Of a DNA stretch of 64,000 bases, positions 20,263-30,271 are shown in pieces; the first letter of the stretch is position 1; every line of letters begins with the position of its first letter. The notes below the pieces were generated by a model, which saw only the letters and a list, made by a program, of their open reading frames with translations, searched no databases and had not been told where the DNA came from. Source of the stretch: Paramoeba atlantica (lineage: Eukaryota > Protista > Discosea). The stretch covers positions 186,001 through 250,000 of the forward strand of contig CDRNVI010000032.1 in NCBI GenBank assembly GCA_977017575.1, read 5' to 3'. Position numbers and translations under genes: made by a program.

Positions 20263-20661
20263 GTAATCAGAAGATATTCAAGGAGAAATTTAAGTATAAA
20301 CCGATGAACGACGCCAATTCATAAAGCAACTTTCTGCTAGAGTTCTTATACTTTTTTGAGAAATTCATAAGAGTTTTGAGAAATGTGAGGGACCGTCGGT
20401 AAGAGTCAACTCGAGATCACGTGAAATCCCTCACCCGAGTATCTTAAAATAAGAAATCAATACCCTTTTATAAAATTCTTCTATAAAAGCGCGTGCGTCG
20501 TATGATAGCATACAACGAAAATGTCCGTCATACCTATTTTAATATTCATATCGACAAAGTGGTGAAGTGATTGCAGCACTTCAATTACAGATCTTGATTG
20601 TGAGTAGTGTTTTTAGAAAATCTGTTCCCTTTGAAATCTTCACTACTACATTAAATGCGAC

Positions 20662-21924
20662 TTACGGTGCGGGAGACTCTTCAAACGACGGAGCACTGCG
20701 TTTAGTTGTCTCACGCTTTTTATCCACACCTTTTCCGTCTTTCTCCGCCTTTTGTTTTTCTCGTTCCCTTGCCCGACGTTTGTTCTCGCGTCGGGTGTGA
20801 CGGGCTTTCTCCTCCAGGAGCGCCACCTCTGCTGGGGTCTTGGAAAGGTAACTATGCCAAATCACTTCGCCCCCACACACCCCGCTCTCCACCTTGAGCA
20901 GTCTCAAACTGAGCCGAGGACCCAGTTCTACCAGCTTCACCCGGAGCGAACCCTTCTGCCGACGAAACGTCAGCGCGGGCGGAAGTTCAACATTCTCCCC
21001 TTCCCCCTCCGTATCCGAAGCTCCCCCAGGCCCCGCACTCAACGCCTCGGACAAACTCTCCGCATACGAAAAACTCTCCGGGACATTCCCCCCCGAGAGC
21101 TTCGCAATACTCCGATTCAACCCCGTGGGACGGGACTGTACCGTATAATGCCGCATCTCCAACACCACAGGCGTCTTTTCCTTCCCTCTCCCCTCCTCCC
21201 CCTCCTCCTTCCCCCCCTCCACACGCTCCACCTCCCCGGGCTTCATTAAATGAAACAACACCACACGGTGAATGTGACTCAAATCACTACGACGCTCCAC
21301 CATGGGCTCCGGAACCATCGACTGCAACATCTCCAACGTCAGCGCAAGCTCCGGGCGAAGTCGCGAACCTGAAACCCACTTCTTTTTTTCTTCTCTACGG
21401 GTAGGGACGGAACCCTCTTCATCCTCCTCACAAACTACCCCCCCCTCGCGCCCAAACCCGTTACACATCACCAGCGGGGGGTACTGGTACTGCCGCTGCC
21501 CCCCCGCGCACCCCCGGGTCCGTGCCCCCCTCCCCACCACCACCCCGCTCCCCGGGGTGTAGGACTGGACCCGGAAGCACAGCGTGGGGCCGTGGGGGAG
21601 GCGCGAGAGCGCGAGCGTGGGCCCGCGCGGGGGGCTGGCGAACTTAAACAGGTGGGTGAGCCGTAGCGCGGGGGCGAGCGCGAGGAGGTCGCGCAGGGGG
21701 TGGCGGGAGTGGGGGGGGAGGTGGGAGAGGGTGTGGGGGGCGAGGGCCTTGCGGCAGTCCCGGATGAGGCGGTCCATGGTGGGGTCCGCGGGGCCGTGGT
21801 GGTAGAGAAGGGAGCAGGGGAGGGGGGCAGGGGAGGGGGTGGTGGGGGAGGGGGAGGAGGGGGGTGGTGGGGGTTGGGTGAGATGGGTGCGACGCTTCTT
21901 GCGACGTTTTCCTTTGTAGGGCAT
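20662..21924 (-). CDS. PPAN: Brix-domain ribosome biogenesis protein Peter pan/Ssf1
   Basis: M..K.KRRKKRRTH start, LTHLFKF, LSRLPHGPTLCFRVQSYT, PPLVMCNGF, LEMRHY, VKLVELGPRLSLRLLKVESGVCGGEVIWH. An upstream ATG also exists at 22053. Confidence 0.92.
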   Translation of the reverse strand: MPYKGKRRKKRRTHLTQPPPPPSSPSPTTPSPAPLPCSLLYHHGPADPTMDRLIRDCRKALAPHTLSHLPPHSRHPLRDLLALAPALRLTHLFKFASPPRGPTLALSRLPHGPTLCFRVQSYTPGSGVVVGRGARTRGCAGGQRQYQYPPLVMCNGFGREGGVVCEEDEEGSVPTRREEKKKWVSGSRLRPELALTLEMLQSMVPEPMVERRSDLSHIHRVVLFHLMKPGEVERVEGGKEEGEEGRGKEKTPVVLEMRHYTVQSRPTGLNRSIAKLSGGNVPESFSYAESLSEALSAGPGGASDTEGEGENVELPPALTFRRQKGSLRVKLVELGPRLSLRLLKVESGVCGGEVIWHSYLSKTPAEVALLEEKARHTRRENKRRAREREKQKAEKDGKGVDKKRETTKRSAPSFEESPAP

Positions 21925-22000
21925 GGGGTGGGGGGAATAGGGAGGAGGATGGGTAAAGGGAGATGGAGGGAACGTGGAAGATTGGGGTAGGGGTTGGGAG
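20860..22000. other. GC-rich island with C-to-G skew flip (island 2)
   Basis: The + strand is C-rich over 20860-21553 and abruptly G-rich over 21554-22000. Confidence 0.85.
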
Positions 22001-22323
22001 GTAAAGATGTCTTTTTTGAAGTAAAAAATGTAAGAGATTGTGAAAACTGTCATGTCCTATAAGATATACACGAGATACAAGATGTATTGATGTTCCCGTG
22101 TATATTGGCTCTGCGAAAGCAATATTAAAAGGCATAAATTGTAGGTAAAAAGTCTTAGAAAAATTCTTAAAGCTGATCCCCTCCTTATCCAAATGCTGCG
22201 CTAAATAATAAGTAGACTTTACAAAGAAAGAACAAAATTGCATTTTTCAGCAGACTAAGGCCCAATGTCGTCTTATCCATTCAACATTCAGTTGCGCATT
22301 CTATATGATCCATTCGTCACTGC

Positions 22324-23934
22324 CTAGGCATCTTCCTCTTCCTCCGAGACCTCCCCTTGCTCTTCTTCATCTTCGCTGTCCCCAAGATCATACAGGGTAA
22401 GCATTCCCTTTCCAGCTTCTCGAACCAACATGTAACTGCCGTCCCCAAGCTCCAGTGTGGCATCCACAAGCACACAGAACGCACTCCACATCTTCCCCAT
22501 GTTCAACCCCACCTGTGCTGCCAGTTCACTAGGAGGCTTTGTGTCAAGCCCTAGAAACTGGTGAGAGGTGTTGCTATTGTAGAGGGATCGCGTGGCGTAG
22601 GCCAGTTTTACGTTATCCACGCCTGAAAGAGTAGCCATTGTCGCCCATCGAGTAAACTTACACGCATTCGTCTTGATGAAATGTGCAAGAACGGCACCCC
22701 GACCGGTTTGCATTTTGTTTTTCCATTCGTTTCCACTGTGCTCGTTTAACGTAAACACACGTAACAACTCCCCTGGTTTATTCGGGGCGGATTTCAGCAC
22801 GGCATCTACTTGGCATCGGCATATGACTACAATGTCCGGTGCCGAGGCCCGGCGCAGCGTCCATTGACGATACAGATATGTTGTTGAGGCCACCGGGTCT
22901 TCTCCCTCCTCAACTGTGGCATCAAATACATTCTTGTGACGCGGAACCTCCCGGGTGAGCTTGGCGCGCTGCTTTGGGTTTACTAACATTTGCGTCAGAT
23001 CCCGGCAGAGTTTGGTGGCTTCCTTGGAGAGACTACTCGCTGAGTTAATATCCCTCAGAGGGGCCTCACCGGAGTCAACAGGGGGACAAGTGGAGGTCTC
23101 ATCTACCGTGTAGGCATCCGCGAGGTCGTCATCTCCACGCCAGTCCAAAAACAGTACTTGGCCAGCCCGCGTGACCTTTACGTCCCAGGAGAAGATACTA
23201 CGGGGGGCCGTGAGTAGAGTAGATAAGATACTCTCATTGGTCACCACACACAGACGTTCGTCTTGCTCCTCACCTCGTGCCATCACGATTTCACGCAGCA
23301 CCTCGTCCTCCAGAGGTGACACGTGGGGGTGGGTCCGTGGGGGGGCTCTCACGGGAACCGGCTTTAACGGACTAACAAAGTCGAATGAAGTATCGAAGGT
23401 GTGAAGGTGACCGTGATAGGAGAGGTCTTCGGCAGGAGACACGGAGACGTGAACCCCACTGCGTTCTAAGGTGTTCAACGGGATCCGGTGCTTTGCCTCC
23501 CACCGGTCGCGAATAAGAACAGAGGAGAGGTGACCGACGGATTGATCTCCCAGATGACGGGGACGGCCGGGATTACCCCCTCTCGCTTTACGCGCGTCAG
23601 TTACACCTCGTTGTTTGCTTTCGGGACGCTTCCCCGCAGTGGCGAAGTTCCGTTGCGCGGGTTTGGGTGGCAAACCGCCTGTAGACTTTTTCTTCTTTTT
23701 CTTGCCAATGTCGACCACCTCAAAAGCATCCTCGGCCTCTACTACCTCACGCATTGCGTTCTGGCCATACGGTGTAATCCCAATCCAATCACAAGCCTTG
23801 TAGGAGTGATCGACCCGAGTAATCGGAACCACGGGGACATCTAAAAAAGTCTCTTTCGTTGGTAGCGGACCCCATCCAGAAGTGTTATACGCCAGAGGAG
23901 GAAGTTGTAAGTCGCAACGTCCGTCAGAATGCAT
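22324..23934 (-). CDS. EIF3D: Translation initiation factor eIF3 subunit d
   Basis: LPPLAYNTSGWGP, APRSIFSWDVKVTR, DETSTCPP, YLYRQW, VICRCQVDA, LNE..GNEWKNKM...RGAVLA..IKTNACKFTRWA. Confidence 0.93.
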   Translation of the reverse strand: MHSDGRCDLQLPPLAYNTSGWGPLPTKETFLDVPVVPITRVDHSYKACDWIGITPYGQNAMREVVEAEDAFEVVDIGKKKKKKSTGGLPPKPAQRNFATAGKRPESKQRGVTDARKARGGNPGRPRHLGDQSVGHLSSVLIRDRWEAKHRIPLNTLERSGVHVSVSPAEDLSYHGHLHTFDTSFDFVSPLKPVPVRAPPRTHPHVSPLEDEVLREIVMARGEEQDERLCVVTNESILSTLLTAPRSIFSWDVKVTRAGQVLFLDWRGDDDLADAYTVDETSTCPPVDSGEAPLRDINSASSLSKEATKLCRDLTQMLVNPKQRAKLTREVPRHKNVFDATVEEGEDPVASTTYLYRQWTLRRASAPDIVVICRCQVDAVLKSAPNKPGELLRVFTLNEHSGNEWKNKMQTGRGAVLAHFIKTNACKFTRWATMATLSGVDNVKLAYATRSLYNSNTSHQFLGLDTKPPSELAAQVGLNMGKMWSAFCVLVDATLELGDGSYMLVREAGKGMLTLYDLGDSEDEEEQGEVSEEEEDA

Positions 23935-24119
23935 AGTACAAAACAAGGTTCTTTTAACAATTACAATTTTTATGATGACTAATTCCTGAAAAAATATTTG
24001 TGGAAAGAATAATTCAAAAATGGAGGTCCAAGAAAAATGTTCTCTCCCAGATAGTGGCGTACTACGGTTACATAAACGTACGTATGTGTACGTGCGTATG
24101 TGTATGAAGGTATATTATG

Positions 24120-24380
24120 CTATGATCTAGTGTTTTTCCGGAGTTTTGACACTTCTTCCTGGGTAAACCCTTCTCGCAGAAGACAACTATAAAAGTTTTC
24201 TATCTGTCGCACGCACTTCTTCCTGTCCTCGTTGAGCAAGATGCATTCATCTCGTTCTCTGCGTTCTATTGGGCAAGCACAGCATATTTTGCAAGTTGGT
24301 GTCTTCGTCGATTTGTCAGGAACATTGTATTTATTTTCACTTCCGGGTGAAGAGGTTTCTCCTTGGATTGGAGAGAGCAT
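24120..24380 (-). CDS. COX17: Cytochrome c oxidase copper chaperone Cox17
   Basis: CKICCACPIERRERDECIL......C...IE.FYSCL..EGF: the CC copper motif plus twin CX9C. Confidence 0.92.
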   Translation of the reverse strand: MLSPIQGETSSPGSENKYNVPDKSTKTPTCKICCACPIERRERDECILLNEDRKKCVRQIENFYSCLLREGFTQEEVSKLRKNTRS

Positions 24381-24781
24381 CAGCAAAAAAGGAAATATAA
24401 CAAAAAAGTTATAGCAAGAGACACACGAAATACGACAGAGAAGTTATTGAAAAAGTTTTATCACCTATATGGTACGTGGAAATACATGCTTGTATGTAAA
24501 ATAGATTTTGTTACTAACTTAGACTAGCGAATTCCTGAACTAAATAGGCTTGTTCTCACAACCTCGCTGAGTGCATTAAAGATGTTGAGCCCCATTTTTA
24601 CGCAGAAAAAACAAAAATATAGACGAGCAATATTTCGGACATACAGCCCGAGTCTGTATACGTCTGTATAGTATACAAATTTAATAGGAGAATTAGAATA
24701 GTATTAGAAAAAGAGAATATATGGAAATCGTACTTCAAATGAGAGTGATAATATAGCTTTTAACTCGTTACTGATTGTGCT

Positions 24782-25465
24782 TTAGGAATGTACTGAAGGA
24801 GCGACGATTTGCCTAGCTACACCATTCGTCCAATGCGCTGTCAGAGTAATGCGAAATGTACACATTCGAATTCCCCAAAGCTTTAATAACTGCGCGGCAT
24901 TACTTGTAAGAGCACACCCTTTGGTGCAAACTGGAGTATCCTCGCGCACATGAATTACTCCATGGTCTAATTTCACCGGAAGACCTAAATGCGCTAATTG
25001 CTCACTCATGTTATGAGGAAATGTTTCCGTTGAAAGAGAACCCGAGGGTATGACAAAGTCATGAGTTGCGAGTGCCCCAGTACGGGCAAAATCTTCTCGT
25101 ACGAAAGTTTCATGAAAGAAAGTCTTTATTTCATTTTTTGAAAGTCGCGTGAAAAGCAAACCAACGCTCCCTTTTAAGAAACGAACAAGTTTGTATATAT
25201 TTGGTGCAACACTCTCCTCTTCGTTGCGGCCTAACGCGACGGCCATAACACGATTACTTCCCATAAACATCCGACTATCTGCCTGTCGCTCTAAACGAAT
25301 TTGCTTAAGAAAACTGGCTCGGAGATTAGTATAATCAAATGTATAAAGATGCGGATATTCCTTTAGAGCTTCTCGTATGGTTTCGATAAGGGTTTCCTTA
25401 TGAGATCGGCCTTTCGGCTTGCTCCGGGTTAGGTGCTCAACGCGAACGCGTTTCGATCGAGGCAT
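24782..25465 (-). CDS. MRT4: Ribosome assembly factor Mrt4
   Basis: MPRSKR.RV.HLT, SRMFMGSNRVMAVALGR..EE, LKGSVGLLFT, DFARTGALAT, FPHNMSEQL..LGLPVKL..GVI. Confidence 0.95.
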   Translation of the reverse strand: MPRSKRVRVEHLTRSKPKGRSHKETLIETIREALKEYPHLYTFDYTNLRASFLKQIRLERQADSRMFMGSNRVMAVALGRNEEESVAPNIYKLVRFLKGSVGLLFTRLSKNEIKTFFHETFVREDFARTGALATHDFVIPSGSLSTETFPHNMSEQLAHLGLPVKLDHGVIHVREDTPVCTKGCALTSNAAQLLKLWGIRMCTFRITLTAHWTNGVARQIVAPSVHS

Positions 25466-25684
25466 TGACGAACAATTTGTGTATCTAAAAAACTTTTCGA
25501 AAAAAACGACACTTTCTGATTTAAGTGATATTTAATAGTTACTGCAGCTCGAATCCCGAGACCTACGTTTTTAAGCACAACTATTTGCCCCCAAATCGAG
25601 GATTATCCTTGATCCACCCTACCCCGGACACCATAAAGAAGGGAGAGGCAGAGGTTGTAAAACCCCCGCAATTTTTCTTTTTTA

Positions 25685-25783
25685 GTCGCTTCGTTAAACG
25701 CGGTGGCAGTTTTCAACGCGAAGCTCGCAGCATGAGTCATTTCTATGTATGTTGAAAACAACCACCGCGTTTAACGGAGCGAC
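25685..25783. repeat. 99-bp hairpin element with 33-bp arms
   Basis: GTCGCTTCGTTAAACGCGGTGGCAGTTTTCAAC ... GTTGAAAACAACCACCGCGTTTAACGGAGCGAC (30/33 complementary), between a T-run and an A-run. Confidence 0.85.
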
Positions 25784-25816
25784 AAAAAAAATATGCATCA
25801 TAGTGTACTGATACTA

Positions 25817-26342
25817 CCGGGCGTTACTTAATTACGGAATTTCTTAATTACGGTTAACGGTTAAAATTTTCTTCGATTTTAACCTTAAATCGGTTAACCG
25901 TAATTAGGGAGTAACCGTAATTAAGAAATTCCGTAAATAGGGAAAATGGGTTATGCAAAGACCGCAACGAATTTCAACATCAATGAAACGATAACAATTA
26001 ATCATCAACTAGATTCGAATCAACTAGATTCGAAAGTGCGTTGTAGCTTTCTTCTAGTGGTATCCGCATCATCGTTGCGTTCCCCGCAGCCAAGTCCAAG
26101 CTATAATGTTTCCAAGCCACTCGTAATGCAATTATCTGATGGTGGCGCATTCCACATTGTACGAGGAATGCCAGTCGCTCTATTCCTCGCCCAGGCGACT
26201 TTCTGCTTCCCGATATTCCAGTCACAGGGCGCATAAAAATATTTTGCTCGGAAAATAAAAATGTCAGTTTAAATCTTAAATAGATTAACCGTAATTAGGT
26301 AAAAACTGTAATTAAGGGCAACCGTAATTAAGTAACGCCCGG
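25817..26342. mobile_element. 526-bp TA-flanked MITE with perfect 21-bp TIRs
   Basis: TA|CCGGGCGTTACTTAATTACGG ... CCGTAATTAAGTAACGCCCGG|TA, with many subterminal TAATTACGG/CCGTAATTA repeats. Confidence 0.9.
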
Positions 26343-26549
26343 TAACCGTTACTAACATTATTTTGTATGATTCTAACGAAATACACTGTATACTTTGCGA
26401 GAGCTTTTCAGGAAGCAAAATGCTGCATTTTTCATGAACAAAAGTAATTTCGAAACAACTGCGTCAAACAGTGTGATCATCACGAATTGGAGTAAGAATA
26501 ATGAAAACGAAAACATAATAGAATATAGTACATGTAAACCGAGTTCCGG

Positions 26550-26583
26550 GTTATTGTGCCCCCCCTCCCCCCGGCACAATAAC
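26550..26583. repeat. 11-bp-arm inverted repeat around a C-tract
   Basis: GTTATTGTGCC-CCCCCTCCCCCC-GGCACAATAAC. The C5-T-C5-like core resembles the MITE ends at about 3670 and 33620. Confidence 0.5.
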
Positions 26584-26665
26584 TACACCCCCTTTCATTG
26601 AGAATGATAATTGAAAAAAATTCACCTCAGGCTGTGACAATTACTCAAACATTATCAAAAAAAAT

Positions 26666-27156
26666 TCAGTAGTCGGAAGTGTCCTCTGGTTCTCCAGCTT
26701 CACTACCACTGGTAGCCACATAGATTTCCTGGATATCTGTTTCGTCACTTTCGCCACCGGAAAGGCCGACAGACCCTTCATCTTCTTCTAGCTATTGGAC
26801 ACCACTTCTCGATGGCGATCAAGTCCATCTCAAAAAAATGAATACACGAAGAACAGAGATCAGCATGTTGATGAAAACATGTCCATAATGAAGGGGGGTG
26901 ACTGCTCCAGTCTACTACTAACCATATACAGTGGTTTCAAGATATCTCCACCCTGCGGAAATTTGAATTTCTTTATACACTTTTTTCTCATTTTTGCAGC
27001 ATTGGATAGATCTTGTTCTCTTGGTGAAGAGCTTCATCCCCACTCTTCCCCCTACATGACTTGGCCGTTCAGACTGCCACTGGTTGCCATGAGTGTCACA
27101 GACTGCCATAAGAACCAGGCAAAACCAGGCAAAACTTAACAGGTTTCAACCCTCTA
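26666..27156 (-). mobile_element. Decayed element: hAT-like end (copy 2) followed by broken reading frames
   Basis: 27119-27156 matches 18054-18091 (36/38). Minus-strand fragments end in acidic EEDEGSVGLSGGESDETDIQEIY...DY*. Confidence 0.45.
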
Positions 27157-27215
27157 ATATATCATAGAAAAAAGATCACGAAAAGCATAAATGTTCGTGC
27201 CACATAATACATTTT

Positions 27216-29966
27216 TTAAACATCATCGAAAAATAAAATGTCCCGTTCGTGATGCAACAACTGCTTTTTCACACGTTCCAAGTTTTCGATTGAACATAGC
27301 ACTTTGTTGAAAGTAGGATATGATGATTCAAGTTTCATAGAACTGCAATGAAAAGACAACAAGTTTAATGTCTTTAATGTGACAACCGCCAAACATTCGA
27401 AAGTACTAGGGCGCTGATTTTTCTCAGGCCAAGAATAAACCATCTTTGTATATTCTAAAAACGGATTTGAATCTGGATTTGCGAAGGAGTTCTTCAACAG
27501 ATCCAAAGAAATGGTCGCGCTTTCCTGTATGGAGTAGTAGCAGTCAAGGGTCGCCGAAACCAGTTCTAACAAACAGGAGGAAATAACACTTTTAGGTAAC
27601 ACATGATGTGCTCGGTGTCCAGAAACCTCAGAAAACAAGGATTCTGACCCAACTGGATAGTGGAGACGATATAAAGTGTATAACGGAACCGATGCACTAT
27701 GTACATCTTCGTTAATACTATTTTTAACTGCAATTTGCACAAGTTTTTGATAAATACTTAGCGAGATCGTACGATCGCCGTCGTGCGAAATAGACTCTGC
27801 GTGATGCAAGATTCGTTCGAGGTATTCTGCGAAATACTTTCTCGAATGATGTTTAGAAGCTTCGTGCCACAAGAAAATAGAAGCGCAAACTTCGTTGATC
27901 ATAGTCTTGTTGCCAGAAGAAAGACCATTGGAGAAAATTGTTGCCCACTTTTGCCTATGTTCCTTGCTGCAAACATTTTCTATTGTATCAACAGCAAATT
28001 TTGGTTCAAGAGAGAGTAAAAGACAGATGCTGCAAGTTCTAAAGGCATAGACACATACATTTGATTTTTGAGCAGTTGAAGAGAATTTGATTAGGAAATT
28101 CCATGCAGAACCTAAAAATCTTTGAAGAGGAATGTTGTAGAGAAGATCAGATTTCATGACGAATAACCCACAGAGTATCGATGCAAGAGGTCGGTATTCT
28201 AGATCGATGTTACTCCAAATAATAGTCTTGAGAATACGTTCGAACAAAGACAAGAATGCGTCGCATTCTGCGCCAAAAGCTTCATTTGATGTCGTAATCG
28301 CGTCAACTAACGCTCCAGCAAAGTATACTAATGGAATAGAAAGTTCAGAGTTTTGACAAGACTCAGTAAAAATCTTCAGTTGTTGCCAAATGGACGAGTC
28401 AAGGTCAGATAGAGCACAGCAAATTGAGGCAAGTGTATGTAAGCCTAATTTACAAGTTGAAATGTCGTTGTCCTTCGCGAGGATTAGGAACAGAACACAA
28501 CATAAAAAATCATGCAAATATGTACCGGCGAACAAATCTCGTTGATCATTGCAAGCGAAATCCAGAGATGAAGAGTTGCTTAATGGAGAAAGTGAGGTAA
28601 ATGTACTCTTTTCTCGGCTAGGATCATCGTGCGAAGTAAAAGGATTTTCTAAGCATGACTTCAAACTTGGTGTCTCCAATGCGTGACACAATGATATGAA
28701 AAAGCTTACTAGCCACGTCTCCTCCGTATCCAATTGAAATCTTGGTTGTCGAGAGCGCCAAATATGTGCCAGGCGAGAGAGACCGAGCAATGTAGCATAC
28801 CGGTTCCTTTTTGAAGGGGAGCTAGCCCCATGCTTAAAAGCTGATAGAAGATCCGAAATATAGGACGAGCATAAAATGCTAGGATAAGTTGTGTACATTG
28901 CATATAAAACTTTGAGGCTCTCCTCGAATCGATCGTCATCCTTGTGGCATATATGAATAAGTTCGTAGACAATTCGGTGTCCGCTCCAGGAAGAAAGAAA
29001 AAGAAGAATTTTGTCAGACGGATACTTCCTAAGAAAAACGTTTCGTAGTACCTGTGCCGCATCTCCTTGTAACTGCGCACTCCTAGAAGAAATAATGCTG
29101 CAGTAAAAATTACCTGACAGAAAAGAGAGAAGAACTGTCAAAGCTTCAGGCATTGCATTATACGGTGTGGAAATAACTATTTGCTGCCATACGCGGCACA
29201 AAGCTCCATGCAAGTCAGAATAGTCCTCATGTTTTTCAAGGAATTTCCTCAATCCATAATGAGTACACAAAAGAACGCTACGATATTTGTCCATGCGAGA
29301 TGTGTATGACAGATTTTTATGTGTAGCAGTACGAGGCGTGACCAAATAAACTTTGAAGAGGTTATCCAGAAAATCATGCGAATGCTGGAATAAAGAATGA
29401 ATGCAGTTAAAAGCAGCCAATTTGGCGCGTATGTAGTCATCATGTAGCACAATTGAAAACAAATGACGTCCAAACGGCGAGTCTACTTCAGCCTTGTACT
29501 TTGGTAAAATATATTCCCAATGCTCAAGGAGCGCTTTCGGATAGAATCTTGCCAGGGCGTCTAATACGACAATAACGTAAAATCTGAAATCTTCGTACAA
29601 TTTTCGAAGACGTTGATTACAATAAGATCTCTTCCCGTCAGTTTTGAAAAGAAAGGCACACGGGAAAACATCCTTTACAATGATTCCCACCGCTGCTGAA
29701 GTGACAAATTCCAATGAATTATCGACCAAAGCAATTGTAAGACCCTGAAGAAGTGCTATTAGCGCGTCCCATTGCCTTTCCTTTTCTACAAAAGTTTCTG
29801 AGCTAATATTCACGAGCGTCATTACGAGAGAATGAAAGAACTCAGGCTTGGTGGTATCTAGAGGAAAACTCAGAGAACACACCTTCAGAAGCCTTTTATT
29901 TATAGCTTCTGTAGAAGGAAGACGGTCCCGAGCCGGAAATTTTCTACGGGGTTCATCAGCTACCAT
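27216..29966 (-). CDS. HEAT-repeat protein, HEATR6/DUF4042-like
   Basis: 916-aa helical repeat protein. HWEYILP...LFSIVLHDDYIRAKLAAFNCIHSLF..S..FL resembles the DUF4042 region. Confidence 0.6.
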   Translation of the reverse strand: MVADEPRRKFPARDRLPSTEAINKRLLKVCSLSFPLDTTKPEFFHSLVMTLVNISSETFVEKERQWDALIALLQGLTIALVDNSLEFVTSAAVGIIVKDVFPCAFLFKTDGKRSYCNQRLRKLYEDFRFYVIVVLDALARFYPKALLEHWEYILPKYKAEVDSPFGRHLFSIVLHDDYIRAKLAAFNCIHSLFQHSHDFLDNLFKVYLVTPRTATHKNLSYTSRMDKYRSVLLCTHYGLRKFLEKHEDYSDLHGALCRVWQQIVISTPYNAMPEALTVLLSFLSGNFYCSIISSRSAQLQGDAAQVLRNVFLRKYPSDKILLFLSSWSGHRIVYELIHICHKDDDRFEESLKVLYAMYTTYPSILCSSYISDLLSAFKHGASSPSKRNRYATLLGLSRLAHIWRSRQPRFQLDTEETWLVSFFISLCHALETPSLKSCLENPFTSHDDPSREKSTFTSLSPLSNSSSLDFACNDQRDLFAGTYLHDFLCCVLFLILAKDNDISTCKLGLHTLASICCALSDLDSSIWQQLKIFTESCQNSELSIPLVYFAGALVDAITTSNEAFGAECDAFLSLFERILKTIIWSNIDLEYRPLASILCGLFVMKSDLLYNIPLQRFLGSAWNFLIKFSSTAQKSNVCVYAFRTCSICLLLSLEPKFAVDTIENVCSKEHRQKWATIFSNGLSSGNKTMINEVCASIFLWHEASKHHSRKYFAEYLERILHHAESISHDGDRTISLSIYQKLVQIAVKNSINEDVHSASVPLYTLYRLHYPVGSESLFSEVSGHRAHHVLPKSVISSCLLELVSATLDCYYSIQESATISLDLLKNSFANPDSNPFLEYTKMVYSWPEKNQRPSTFECLAVVTLKTLNLLSFHCSSMKLESSYPTFNKVLCSIENLERVKKQLLHHERDILFFDDV

Positions 29967-30271
29967 GCTGAAAAGATCGCTGACGTATAAACTGGGGTGC
30001 TCGTGTAGAAATCAACGCGATGAACAAGTGGTCACCGTTTGCCCAAAAAACCAGAGATGTTATATGCCGTATTTAAGCCCATGTAAAATAGTTCCTCGTT
30101 AAAAAAAAACCTCTGCTTCACAGATTCATAATAAGTAGATATGATGGCACTAGCAAAAATAAAACTATAAGCGCCAAAATTCAGTGCCAAAATAATAATT
30201 TGATTTATAAGACTAAATACCCAATTAAAATGTGAAAAATACTTCTCAGAGGGAATAACTACGTATCACCA

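Noticed and set aside
20385-20434. GTGAGGGA...TCCCTCAC stem upstream of the 287-aa ORF as a possible snoRNA
   Set aside because: 8-bp stem only; no C/D boxes or convincing H/ACA-like features.
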